A stretch of 64,000 nt of DNA from Candidatus Wildermuthbacteria bacterium (GTDB taxonomy: Bacteria > Patescibacteriota > Minisyncoccia > Minisyncoccales > UBA10102): positions 6,524 to 70,523 of the forward strand of contig JACQMR010000009.1 of assembly GCA_016203455.1 (NCBI GenBank). Reading direction: 5' to 3'. The position numbers were made by a program, and so were the translations under genes. The notes under the pieces were generated by a model. The model saw only the letters and a program-made list of their open reading frames with translations. It had not been told where the DNA came from and did no database searches. Shown piece by piece: positions 43,005-51,329 of this stretch (its first letter is position 1; each line of letters begins with the position of its first letter).

Positions 43005-44258
43005 ATGAAGATTGTCGCGGATTTTCATATTCATTCTCGGTTTTCCCGAGCCACTTCGCGCGCTTTAAATCTCACAAATCTTGATGCGTGGGCCGCGCGA
43101 AAAGGCATTACCGTCATGGGGACCGGGGATTTTACGCATCCTCTCTGGCTCCGCGAGCTTCAAGAGGAATTAGAACCCGCTGAACAGGGACTGTATAAAA
43201 GAAAAGCGGGCGGCGCCGCCAGGTTTGTTTTTTCTTCGGAGATTTCTTGTATTTACTCAAAGGGAGGGAAAGTAAGGAAAGTGCATCTTATACTGGTCGT
43301 CCCTTCTTTGCGGGCCGTTGAAAAGATTAACGCGGCGCTGGGAGCGAGAGGGAACCTTGCGTCGGATGGCCGGCCTATTATCGGTATTGACGCAAAAGAG
43401 GTTGCGAAAATTGCTTTGGACGCAGACCCGTCTTCTTTGGTGATCCCCGCTCACGCGTGGACTCCGTGGTTCGCGGTGTTCGGGTCAAAATCCGGATTCA
43501 ACGCTTTGGAGGAATGTTTTGACGAATACACCAGGTATATTTACGCGATAGAAACGGGATTATCTTCAGATCCCGCCATGAACTGGCGCCTGTCTTCTTT
43601 AGACGGTATCGCACTGTTGAGCAATTCTGATTCCCATTCTTTGGAGAAAATAGGGAGAGAGGCAAATGTGTTTGAGGCAGAGTTAAGTTACGCAGGCATT
43701 GCAGAGAGCATTAAATCAAAAGACCCGGCGCGTTTTTTATATACCGTGGAGTTTTTTCCGGAAGAGGGGAAATATCATCATGACGGCCACAGATTATGCG
43801 GCGTGAGTATGAGCCCGGAGGAGTCCAAAAAACACAACGGGGTATGTCCCAAATGCAAACGGCCTCTTACCATCGGGGTGCTCAACAGGGTCGCCGAACT
43901 CGCGGATCGTCCCGAAGGATATAAGCCGGACAACGCCATACCTTATAAAAGTTTAATTCCTCTGCAAGAGATTATAGCCGATGCTTTGCGCGCGGGCGTT
44001 GGAACCAAAAAGGGAAAAGCGGAGTATGAAACGCTGATAAACACGCTGGGAACGGAGTTTGCCGTTCTTCTGGACGCGACAGAGGCGGAATTGCGGAACG
44101 CGACCACTCCGGAAATCGCGGAGGGGATTCTGCGCGTGCGGCAAGGCAAGGTGCGCATTGTTCCCGGGTATGACGGAGAGTACGGAAAGATTGAGATTTT
44201 CGCTCCCGAAGAACGCGCTACAGGTCATCCTTTGTCTGCCTTAGCTGTGGATAACTAA
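43005..44258 (+). CDS. Endonuclease Q-like PHP-domain nuclease
   Basis: N-terminal DFHIHSRFSRATS PHP motif, a central CPKCKRPLT zinc finger, and ~417 aa length. This matches the EndoQ architecture as recalled. Confidence 0.6.
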   Translation: MKIVADFHIHSRFSRATSRALNLTNLDAWAARKGITVMGTGDFTHPLWLRELQEELEPAEQGLYKRKAGGAARFVFSSEISCIYSKGGKVRKVHLILVVPSLRAVEKINAALGARGNLASDGRPIIGIDAKEVAKIALDADPSSLVIPAHAWTPWFAVFGSKSGFNALEECFDEYTRYIYAIETGLSSDPAMNWRLSSLDGIALLSNSDSHSLEKIGREANVFEAELSYAGIAESIKSKDPARFLYTVEFFPEEGKYHHDGHRLCGVSMSPEESKKHNGVCPKCKRPLTIGVLNRVAELADRPEGYKPDNAIPYKSLIPLQEIIADALRAGVGTKKGKAEYETLINTLGTEFAVLLDATEAELRNATTPEIAEGILRVRQGKVRIVPGYDGEYGKIEIFAPEERATGHPLSALAVDN

Positions 44259-44309
44259 GGGAGACAAGGGCTAGATTCAATGCTGTTTTGCAGGCGCGTG
44301 ACATGCCGG

Positions 44310-44338
44310 TTGACAGGCGGTTGACTCATGGATATACT
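44310..44338 (+). promoter_or_regulatory. Near-consensus sigma-70 promoter
   Basis: TTGACA (44310-44315), a 17-nt spacer, then TATACT (44333-44338). Confidence 0.7.
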
Positions 44339-44360
44339 GAAATCCCAGGGAGGAGAGGAT

Positions 44361-44498
44361 ATGAACATGAAAACAATGTTAAACGCGCAAAACAACAAAA
44401 GAGAATCAAAAAGTTCCGATGTGTTCAAAGGAATGTGTTTTTCTTTTTCCCAGGGTATCATGACGCGCGCGATGAAGGCGCGGGCCCAGACCAATTGA
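44361..44498 (+). CDS. 45-aa small protein
   Basis: gggaggagagg RBS, then the ATG. Sequence MNMKTMLNAQNNKRESKSSDVFKGMCFSFSQGIMTRAMKARAQTN. It is followed by a terminator. Found by hand, in a different frame from track ORF 44288-44518. Confidence 0.55.
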   Translation: MNMKTMLNAQNNKRESKSSDVFKGMCFSFSQGIMTRAMKARAQTN

Positions 44499-44534
44499 TG
44501 CGGTTCCGGATTTTATGAACAAGTATCAATGCGT

Positions 44535-44563
44535 CTGATTCCCCGCGAGGAATCAGTTTTATT
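44535..44563 (+). terminator. Rho-independent terminator
   Basis: ctgattcc-ccgcga-ggaatcag followed by ttttattt. Confidence 0.75.
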
Positions 44564-44586
44564 TAAAAAGCGTAAGAGCAAGAGAC

Positions 44587-45057
44587 ATGGAAACAACATA
44601 TCATCTCACAAGCAAAGGACTGGAAGCCCTGCGAAAAGAGTACGAGGGACTTCTTGAATTGAAAAAAATCAAGACAACGGGAGATGATGTGCCTTCCATT
44701 TTGCATTCAGAAGAGGCGAACCCCGAGTATCTGTCTTTCCAAGAAGACATGGTCTTGCTGGAAGGCAGGATAGCGGACCTGGAGAACATTTTCAAAAATG
44801 CGGTATTGATCGCGCCTCCCACGGGAGAAGAGAAAAAGAAGATCGGTTTAGGGGCGATAGTAACCGTTGATCTTGGCGGAGAAGTTGATGAATTTACAAT
44901 CGTGGGGACGCTTGAGGCCGATCCTTTGCGCAAAAAGATTTCTAACGAATCCCCTTTGGGGCGAGGTCTTTTGGGAATGCGGGCGGGGGATATGGTGAAG
45001 GTCAAAACAGCATTGATAAATCACGATTGTAAGATTCTTAAAATTTCATATCTTTAG
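44587..45057 (+). CDS. greA: Transcription elongation factor GreA
   Basis: 156 aa with an N-terminal coiled coil and the C-terminal motif ISNESPLGRGLLGMRAGD. Confidence 0.85.
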   Translation: METTYHLTSKGLEALRKEYEGLLELKKIKTTGDDVPSILHSEEANPEYLSFQEDMVLLEGRIADLENIFKNAVLIAPPTGEEKKKIGLGAIVTVDLGGEVDEFTIVGTLEADPLRKKISNESPLGRGLLGMRAGDMVKVKTALINHDCKILKISYL

Positions 45058-45058
45058 C

Positions 45059-46426
45059 ATGCCTACTTATTTTTCTTTTCCGAGCAAGAATGAAAGCTCT
45101 ATCGCGGAAGAACGGGAGGTTTTAGAAAAACTTAGTCAGGCGGCAAAGATTGCTTCTGTATTGTATGAATCGCAAAAAAACGCCGGTCATCCGGGAGCTA
45201 ATTTTTATCCTGTTGGCGTTACAAAAAAGGAGTTGGAGTTTGCGGCAAGAAAGAATCCTAAAATTTTGGATCCCTACACTATCGTTGAAAGAAAAGGGAA
45301 AGAGCTGGTTGCCGTGCCGTATAGCGTAAAATACAAAAAAGAATTGGAAGAAATTTCCGGACTTTTGAAAGCCGCGGCTAGCATGTCTTCAGACAGAGGA
45401 CTTCAGGCATATCTTCGCTCGCGGGCAAAGGACTTACTGAATGATAACTATGACAAGAGCAACATTCTTTGGTTGAAAACAAAGGGTTCTGCGGTAGGAT
45501 GCGTGATTGGAGCGTTTGACAGATATTTAGACAAGCTGTTTTTTAAAAAACGCGCGTTTATGGCGTGGGCGGGGATTTTAGATCAAAAACTGACCAGCGA
45601 AATGAATCGCCTGAAAGAGTTGATTCTCACAACCGAACGAGCGTTTCTTCCCGGGGCAAACCGCGCGAGAATAGCGAATACGGAAATTCGCGTAGAGGAC
45701 ACAGCGGCATTTTCCGGTTTAGCCGCGGATTTCTTGTTTGTGGGGAATAATCTCCCCTCTTCCGCGGATATTGATCTTATACAAAAACATGGAACGGTTT
45801 TCACGATTTTTAAGCCAACGCTTGAATGGCGATTTCATGCGTGGGTGCTCCCGATTTTCAGGCGATTGTTTGACGAGGAAACAAAAAATAAATTTTCTGA
45901 CCAGGATTTGCAGTCGGCGTTTATCCAGAGCGTGGTTTTGCACGAATCATGCCATTCTTTAATGCGCTACAAAGACGCACCCGCTCGTTTAGAAGAGCTG
46001 TTTCCGTATCTTGACGAATTATTTACCGATCTCTTGGGTATTAAGGGATGCGGGACGCTTATATTAAAAAACGCCTTAACCGAGCATGAATTGGAAGCCA
46101 TTGTCGCGGTCGCGGTATGCAGAAGCTTATATTTTTACGCCTCTTTGCTGGATCGCCCGCATATTGACCCCTACGCGACAGGAGGAGCATTGGTTATGGA
46201 ATTTTTATGTAAAGCCGGCGCGCTTCTGCAAAAAAAGGATGGTTTTCATTTGGATTCGTATAGAGCTCTTATCGCGCTGAATCAGTTGACTTCCATTATT
46301 GAGTATTATATTGCTCTTGGAAATCACGCGGAGGCAAAAGAGTTTTTGAAAAGGTTCGCGGTGAAAAAGATTTTCTCCCCATTTTTGCCGTATCTTGCAG
46401 GACTTCCCCACGGCGGGTCTCTTTGA
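45059..46426 (+). CDS. Hypothetical HExxH protein (possible DPP III/M49-like metallopeptidase)
   Basis: LHESCHSL (HExxH) followed ~20 aa later by LDELFTD. The assignment is tentative. Confidence 0.35.
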   Translation: MPTYFSFPSKNESSIAEEREVLEKLSQAAKIASVLYESQKNAGHPGANFYPVGVTKKELEFAARKNPKILDPYTIVERKGKELVAVPYSVKYKKELEEISGLLKAAASMSSDRGLQAYLRSRAKDLLNDNYDKSNILWLKTKGSAVGCVIGAFDRYLDKLFFKKRAFMAWAGILDQKLTSEMNRLKELILTTERAFLPGANRARIANTEIRVEDTAAFSGLAADFLFVGNNLPSSADIDLIQKHGTVFTIFKPTLEWRFHAWVLPIFRRLFDEETKNKFSDQDLQSAFIQSVVLHESCHSLMRYKDAPARLEELFPYLDELFTDLLGIKGCGTLILKNALTEHELEAIVAVAVCRSLYFYASLLDRPHIDPYATGGALVMEFLCKAGALLQKKDGFHLDSYRALIALNQLTSIIEYYIALGNHAEAKEFLKRFAVKKIFSPFLPYLAGLPHGGSL

Positions 46427-46522
46427 CAGAGGGCATATTTCATGTAGTATAGCTGGTGCTACCTGGTAGCATGCGTTCTTTGAGAATATGAAAAGACGAT
46501 TGTTTTTAAGGAGGAGAGTCCT

Positions 46523-47446
46523 ATGTACGGTATTATCGTGCATGGCGGAGCTGGCGGCACTTCTCCTCTCGCGGAAGAGGGGTGCAGGCGGGCCGCCGAA
46601 ATCGGAATGGATATCCTCCGGCGCGGAGGGTCTTCATTAGACGCGGTTATTGCCGCCGTAAGATTTCTGGAGGACTCCGGAGATTTTAACGCAGGCACGG
46701 GGTCCGTCTTGCGGGCAGACGGCAAAACCATAGAGATGGACGCGGTTGTTGCGAATTCAAGCGGCATGTATGGTGCCGTTGCCGCGGTCCGCGATATTAA
46801 AAATCCGGTTCTTTTGGCTCTGGCGCTTTCAGCCACAACTACGCGTTTCTTGGTCGGCGATGGCGCGAGGGCATTTGCGCGTCAAATGGGGCTTGAAGAT
46901 CACCCTGGTCCTACGCCGCGGGCCCTTGAGAGAGCCGCTCAATTGAGGGCTCTGCTTATGGGGGCGTACAGGGGCGGAACCTTGAGCACGGTAGCTCCTG
47001 GGTGGGATCCTGTGGAGTTGCAACAATACGGAATCATTCCTGAAGGGGATGGCGCTCTGTTCTACGCCCGAGATTGTGACACGGTCGGGGCGATTGGCCT
47101 GGATCGTCAAGGGGTTTTTGCTATCGCCGGCTCTACCGGCGGAAGCGGGCTCATGCGCCTTGGGCGCGTGGGAGATGTCACTGCCGATGGCGCCGGGCAT
47201 CGTCTTGGCTCTTTCGGAGGCGTCCTGGCAACAGGTGTGGGAGAAGCTATCATGGCACGAAGGGGGGCAGAGCAGGTCGCGCGTCTCATTGAAGAGATGG
47301 GATTCGCGCCCCAAGACGCCTGCGCCCATGTCGCGCTAAAGGTGTTCCCTCCCGAAACAGATGTTGGGTTCATTGCAATGAACAGGAACGGCGTGGGGCA
47401 TAACGCAAACTGCCCCATGTCGTTTCATTATATGACTGACGAGTAA
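46523..47446 (+). CDS. Isoaspartyl peptidase / L-asparaginase (Ntn hydrolase)
   Basis: The DTVGAIGLD autoprocessing-threonine motif. aaggagg RBS upstream. Confidence 0.8.
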   Translation: MYGIIVHGGAGGTSPLAEEGCRRAAEIGMDILRRGGSSLDAVIAAVRFLEDSGDFNAGTGSVLRADGKTIEMDAVVANSSGMYGAVAAVRDIKNPVLLALALSATTTRFLVGDGARAFARQMGLEDHPGPTPRALERAAQLRALLMGAYRGGTLSTVAPGWDPVELQQYGIIPEGDGALFYARDCDTVGAIGLDRQGVFAIAGSTGGSGLMRLGRVGDVTADGAGHRLGSFGGVLATGVGEAIMARRGAEQVARLIEEMGFAPQDACAHVALKVFPPETDVGFIAMNRNGVGHNANCPMSFHYMTDE

Positions 47447-47448
47447 TG

Positions 47449-47483
47449 GGTCTTTGCCTCTCTGGTAAAGACCTTTTCTTTTT
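47449..47483 (+). terminator. Rho-independent terminator
   Basis: ggtcttt (47449-47455) pairs with aaagacc (47467-47473), followed by ttttcttttt. Confidence 0.6.
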
Positions 47484-47520
47484 ATAAGCTTGGCTGTGAT
47501 TCGTGGTATAATCCTTGATT

Positions 47521-49245
47521 ATGAAAAATCGTGAAATCGCCCGCGTGTTGCGTCTTTTGGCGCTCTATTTGCGGATGGACGGGGTTTCGTTTAAGCCCCA
47601 AGCACTGGAGAGAGCCGCGGACGGCATAGAAGCATTTAGCGGGGACATTGGGGTTTTATATGGCAAAGAAGGGATAAAGGGGCTGGAGGCGATTCCCGGG
47701 GTAGGGAGAGGCATTGCCCAAAAAGCGGAAGAATATCTTGCTGCGGGCCGCGTGAAAGATTTGGAGGACTACAAGCAAAAGATCGGCATGGATGTGGAGG
47801 AGATAACCCGGGTGGAAGGTATTGGCCCAAAAATGGCAAAAGAGTTGTGGGTGAAACTGAAGATTAAAAATCTCAAGGAGCTGGAAGCGGCGGCAAGAGC
47901 AGGAAAGGTGCGCGCCCTCCCTGGGTTTGGAGAGAAAAAAGAAAGCAATATCCTTGACGGCATCGCCTTTTTAAACCGTTCGCGGGGCCGGCTTTCTCTT
48001 GGTGTCGCGTACCCGTTTGCCAAAGAGTGCGAGCGCATCTTCAAGGAGTCAGGACTCGTGGACAATGTCGTTGCCGCGGGTTCCGTGCGGAGAATGAAAG
48101 AAACCATAGGAGATGTGGATCTTTTGGTATCCAGCAATAATCCCAAAGCGGTGATGGAGTTTGCTTTACAATCCATACCTCATGAAAAGGTGTGGGGCGC
48201 GGGGGAAACCAAAACATCCATGCGGTCTGCGTGGGGTTTTGATATTGATATACGAGTGGTAAAAAAAGACGCGTTTGGAGCGGCTCTGCAGTATTTTACC
48301 GGGTCAAAAGAACATAATGTGAAATTGCGCGCTAGGGCCATGCAGTTAGGGTACAAGCTTTCCGAATACGGGTTGTTCAGAGGAGAGAAACTCATTGCGT
48401 CCCGCACGGAAGAAGATATATATAGGGCGCTGGGGTTGCGGTATATAGAGCCGGAAATGAGAGAAGATGCCGGAGAAATTGAGGCGGCCGCGCAAGGCGT
48501 TTTGCCCGCGCCTATCGGTTATGGGGATTTACGGGGAGATTTGCAGACGCAGACCGACTGGACCGACGGCGAGGACTCCATAGAAACCATGGCGCTGGAA
48601 GCAAAAAAGGCGGGGCTGGAATATATCGCCATTACAGATCATACTCAAGACCTTGCCATGACCAGGGGATCAGACGAGAAGCGTCTCTTGCGTCAAATGG
48701 CAGAAATTGATACTCTCAACAAGAAGATTTCCGGCTTTCGCGTATTAAAGGGAGCGGAGGTGAACATTAGGAAGGACGGTTCCCTGGACATTCAAGATGA
48801 GGTTTTGGCTCAACTGGATGTCGTGGGGGTGTCTGTGCATTCATTGTTTCGCATGACAAGCAAAGATATGACAGAGCGGATTTCAAGAGCCATGAGAAAT
48901 CCGTTTGTGGACATTCTTTTTCATCCAACCGGCCGTCTCGTTTTAAAGCGAGATGCCTATCAGGTGGATATGGCGGAGATTATTCGCGTGGCAAAAGAAA
49001 CCGGGACTATTCTTGAAATCAACGCGTTTCCGGAACGGCTGGATCTTAAGGACACTCATATCAGACAGGCGGTGGACGCGGGGGTGAAAATGGCCATTGA
49101 TTCTGACGCTCACCAAAAGGGTCATTTTGAGGTATTGCGGTATGGCATTGGCCAGGCGAAAAGAGGATGGGCGAGAAAGCAAGATATTATAAATACAAAA
49201 GATGTTGCCGAGTGTCTAGCGTCTCTTAAAAAAAGCCCAGAGTAG
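47521..49245 (+). CDS. Family X DNA polymerase with C-terminal PHP domain
   Basis: HhH motifs GVGRGIA and GIGPKMA, catalytic GDVDLLV, PHP ITDHTQ. TGgTATAAT at 47504-47512. Confidence 0.85.
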   Translation: MKNREIARVLRLLALYLRMDGVSFKPQALERAADGIEAFSGDIGVLYGKEGIKGLEAIPGVGRGIAQKAEEYLAAGRVKDLEDYKQKIGMDVEEITRVEGIGPKMAKELWVKLKIKNLKELEAAARAGKVRALPGFGEKKESNILDGIAFLNRSRGRLSLGVAYPFAKECERIFKESGLVDNVVAAGSVRRMKETIGDVDLLVSSNNPKAVMEFALQSIPHEKVWGAGETKTSMRSAWGFDIDIRVVKKDAFGAALQYFTGSKEHNVKLRARAMQLGYKLSEYGLFRGEKLIASRTEEDIYRALGLRYIEPEMREDAGEIEAAAQGVLPAPIGYGDLRGDLQTQTDWTDGEDSIETMALEAKKAGLEYIAITDHTQDLAMTRGSDEKRLLRQMAEIDTLNKKISGFRVLKGAEVNIRKDGSLDIQDEVLAQLDVVGVSVHSLFRMTSKDMTERISRAMRNPFVDILFHPTGRLVLKRDAYQVDMAEIIRVAKETGTILEINAFPERLDLKDTHIRQAVDAGVKMAIDSDAHQKGHFEVLRYGIGQAKRGWARKQDIINTKDVAECLASLKKSPE

Positions 49246-49250
49246 AATAA

Positions 49251-49327
49251 CTCTTGTATTTTGTATAGTGTAGCTTGTATCTAGGGTGCCGAATACAACA
49301 TACAAGATACAAAACACGAGATACAAA
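49251..49327. repeat. TACAAA-word imperfect palindrome with a 10-nt centre (empty counterpart of the 8911-9332 bracket)
   Basis: Left arm ctcttgtattttgtatagtgtagcttgtatct (49251-49282). Centre agggtgccga. Right arm atacaacatacaagatacaaaacacgagatacaaa (49293-49327). Confidence 0.75.
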
Positions 49328-49338
49328 TTCCCAGCAAT

Positions 49339-49779
49339 ATGCCGAGAGAAAAATCAACAGGAGCCATTGTGTATCTTATGGAGGAGGGGGAACCCCTCTA
49401 TCTTTTATTGCACTATCCAACGACAAAAAGGGCAAAAAAGGAGTATTGGGATTTTCCCAAGGGCCATGTGGAGGAAGGGGAAACCGAGAAAGCAACGGCA
49501 ACCAGGGAGATCGCGGAAGAAACAGACCTGAAAGACATTGTGTTCATAGAGGGCTTCAGAGAGAGCATCCAATATTTTTTCAGGGTGGACAAAAAGACGA
49601 TTTTCAAGACCGCGGTGTTTTTTTTGGCGAAAACCAAAAACAAAGATGTGAAAATTTCCCCGGAGCATCAGGGGTTTGCGTGGCTGGCGTACGAGAACGC
49701 TCTCGCGCGCTTGAAATTCGCGAATGCAAGGCGGTTGCTGAAAAAAGCGCACCGTCTTCTGGGGAAGTTGGGAAGTTAG
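49339..49779 (+). CDS. Nudix hydrolase
   Basis: Nudix box GHVEEGETEKATATREIAEETDL. Confidence 0.85.
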   Translation: MPREKSTGAIVYLMEEGEPLYLLLHYPTTKRAKKEYWDFPKGHVEEGETEKATATREIAEETDLKDIVFIEGFRESIQYFFRVDKKTIFKTAVFFLAKTKNKDVKISPEHQGFAWLAYENALARLKFANARRLLKKAHRLLGKLGS

Positions 49780-49795
49780 CTTTGCAATCGCCACC

Positions 49796-49834
49796 AAAAA
49801 GGCGTAGTGGGGTCAGACCCCACTACGCCTTTTT
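49796..49834. terminator. Bidirectional terminator
   Basis: aaaaa-ggcgtagtgggg-tcaga-ccccactacgcc-ttttt, a perfect 12-bp stem. Confidence 0.8.
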
Positions 49835-49844
49835 GTGTTTAATG

Positions 49845-50192
49845 CTAGCCCCGCGCTTTTTGTATAATGTTTTGGAATACGGCGGGGTGGTTTTGAGCCA
49901 AAGAAGCAAGGATTTTTCTATCCAGTTCAATGTTTTGTTTTTTAAGCAAGGGAATCAGTTTGCTGTATGAAACTCCCGCCGCTTTTGCCGCGGCGGAAAT
50001 TTGCGTCTGCCACAGTCCTCTAGCCAGCCGTTTTTTTACTTTGCGGTCCCTGAAAGCATAGGCGAGGCCATGCATGACGGCCTGCTTTGCCAGCTTGTAC
50101 TTTGCTTTTCTGCCCCAGCGAAAACCCTTGGTCTCTTTGAGAACATTTTTTCTGCGCTTATGAGCCGATACTCCTCGTTTAACGCGTGCCAT
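49845..50192 (-). CDS. rplT: 50S ribosomal protein L20
   Basis: MARVKRGVSAHKRRKNVLKETKGF from the internal ATG of ORF 49845-50252. Confidence 0.9.
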   Translation of the reverse strand: MARVKRGVSAHKRRKNVLKETKGFRWGRKAKYKLAKQAVMHGLAYAFRDRKVKKRLARGLWQTQISAAAKAAGVSYSKLIPLLKKQNIELDRKILASLAQNHPAVFQNIIQKARG

Positions 50193-50199
50193 AGTAGTA

Positions 50200-50400
50200 T
50201 TATGATACCAATGCTTCTTTAATGCGTTTTGCGTCCGGCTTTGAGACAACAACCCATTGCCGTCCCTGCCTGCGCTTTTTCGCGGTCATTTTCATGCGCG
50301 CGTGGTCTTGTCCGGTCAGGCGTCTCAAAATCTTTCCCGTTTTGGTGAATTTGAACCGCTTGGAAACGGACTTTCTGGTTTTTGCTTTATGTTTGGCCAT
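50200..50400 (-). CDS. rpmI: 50S ribosomal protein L35
   Basis: MAKHKAKTRKSVSKRFKFTKTGK, within infC-rpmI-rplT synteny. Confidence 0.9.
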   Translation of the reverse strand: MAKHKAKTRKSVSKRFKFTKTGKILRRLTGQDHARMKMTAKKRRQGRQWVVVSKPDAKRIKEALVS

Positions 50401-50909
50401 TACTGTTTGCCTATAATCATGCTTAACCCTCTTGGTTCTTGCTGTATGGGTTTTTCCGCTTTTGCAGGAACCCTCGCGTTTAATATGGAAAGGAATTTCT
50501 CAATTTTTTCTTTTGCGTGATCCCGGAGCGCTTTTTGCCTGCCCCGCAGGGGAAGGGCGATTCTTACTCTGTCGCCCCGTGAAAGAAATTTTTCCGCCTG
50601 TTTTACCCTTGTTTCCAGGTCATGGTCTGAAATGTTGAATGTGAGGCGTATCTCTTTTAATCCTCCGCCGGTCGGTTTTTTGATTGCCTTGTCTTTTTTG
50701 TCTTGCTGGTACAGATATTTCCCGTAATCGCCCAGGCGACATACGGGAGGATCCACTTTCTCGGTTACCTGGATTAAGTCACACCCTTTTTGTTGGGCCA
50801 TGACCAGGGCTTCTTGCAGGGTTACCACTCCCACTTGTTTTCCCGTTTCGTCTATGAGGCGCACCTTGCTTGCCCGTATTTGATTGTTGAGGGGTGTTCT
50901 TGCAACCAA
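50400..50909 (-). CDS. infC: Translation initiation factor IF-3
   Basis: NNQIRASKVRLIDETGKQVGV. There is no ATG, so the start is TTG (50909) or ATC (50912). This is consistent with the non-AUG starts known for infC. Confidence 0.85.
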   Translation of the reverse strand: MVARTPLNNQIRASKVRLIDETGKQVGVVTLQEALVMAQQKGCDLIQVTEKVDPPVCRLGDYGKYLYQQDKKDKAIKKPTGGGLKEIRLTFNISDHDLETRVKQAEKFLSRGDRVRIALPLRGRQKALRDHAKEKIEKFLSILNARVPAKAEKPIQQEPRGLSMIIGKQ

Positions 50910-50929
50910 GATAAAAGTGGAAAAATATT

Positions 50930-50946
50930 AAAAACCTAAGGTTTTT
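50930..50946. terminator. Short palindromic terminator after ssrA
   Basis: aaaaacctaaggttttt. Confidence 0.5.
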
Positions 50947-50970
50947 ACAGCTGGGGATCGGGGTGATTTG

Positions 50971-51329
50971 TGGAGGTGGGGAGGATGAGCTCCCTTCTGG
51001 AGAATTTCCGTTCTTCTCTTGTACGGGCGTATCCTTGTTTAGAAATTCGGGAAGAGCGTAAGAACAAGGCAAAGCCGCTTTTCCTCCGGAGCTGTTTATT
51101 TCGGCAGGCGTCTCTCGTTCCGTGAAACGCCGCCTATCCCGATAATTTGCGCCTCCCCCCAATACCGGGAATCTTAAGAGGAGACGGCTGTGAGCTTTAT
51201 GCTACAGCAAGAGCCCTTTGAGGGGCAAAGATGTTGGCACTTGTGGTGCTCCCGGGGTTTTTAACAAGATGCCCTGGAAACTCGGCCCGGGTGAAAAATT
51301 TCCATTCTCCATCGAAACGATTCACCCCC
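50971..51329 (-). ncRNA. ssrA: tmRNA (SsrA)
   Basis: On the complement the 5' end is GGGGGUGAAUCGUUUCGAUGG. The 3' end is GGGAG-CUCAUC-CUCCC-CACCUCC-A. The acceptor stem GGGGGUG/CACCUCC includes a G3-U70 pair. The tag ORF GCC AAC AUC UUU GCC CCU CAA AGG GCU CUU GCU GUA GCA UAA encodes ANIFAPQRALAVA (51197-51238). It lies directly downstream of smpB. Confidence 0.85.

Noticed and set aside
44246-44254. Perfect DnaA box tgtggataa at the end of the EndoQ-like gene
   Set aside because: It is a single isolated 9-mer. Roughly one chance occurrence per window of this size on two strands is plausible, and there is no clustering or AT-rich neighbour.
50779-51162. 127-aa minus-strand ORF in the ORF track
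   Set aside because: It lies entirely inside the tmRNA gene (50971-51329) and its terminator region. The sequence is explained by the RNA structure and the short tag ORF.
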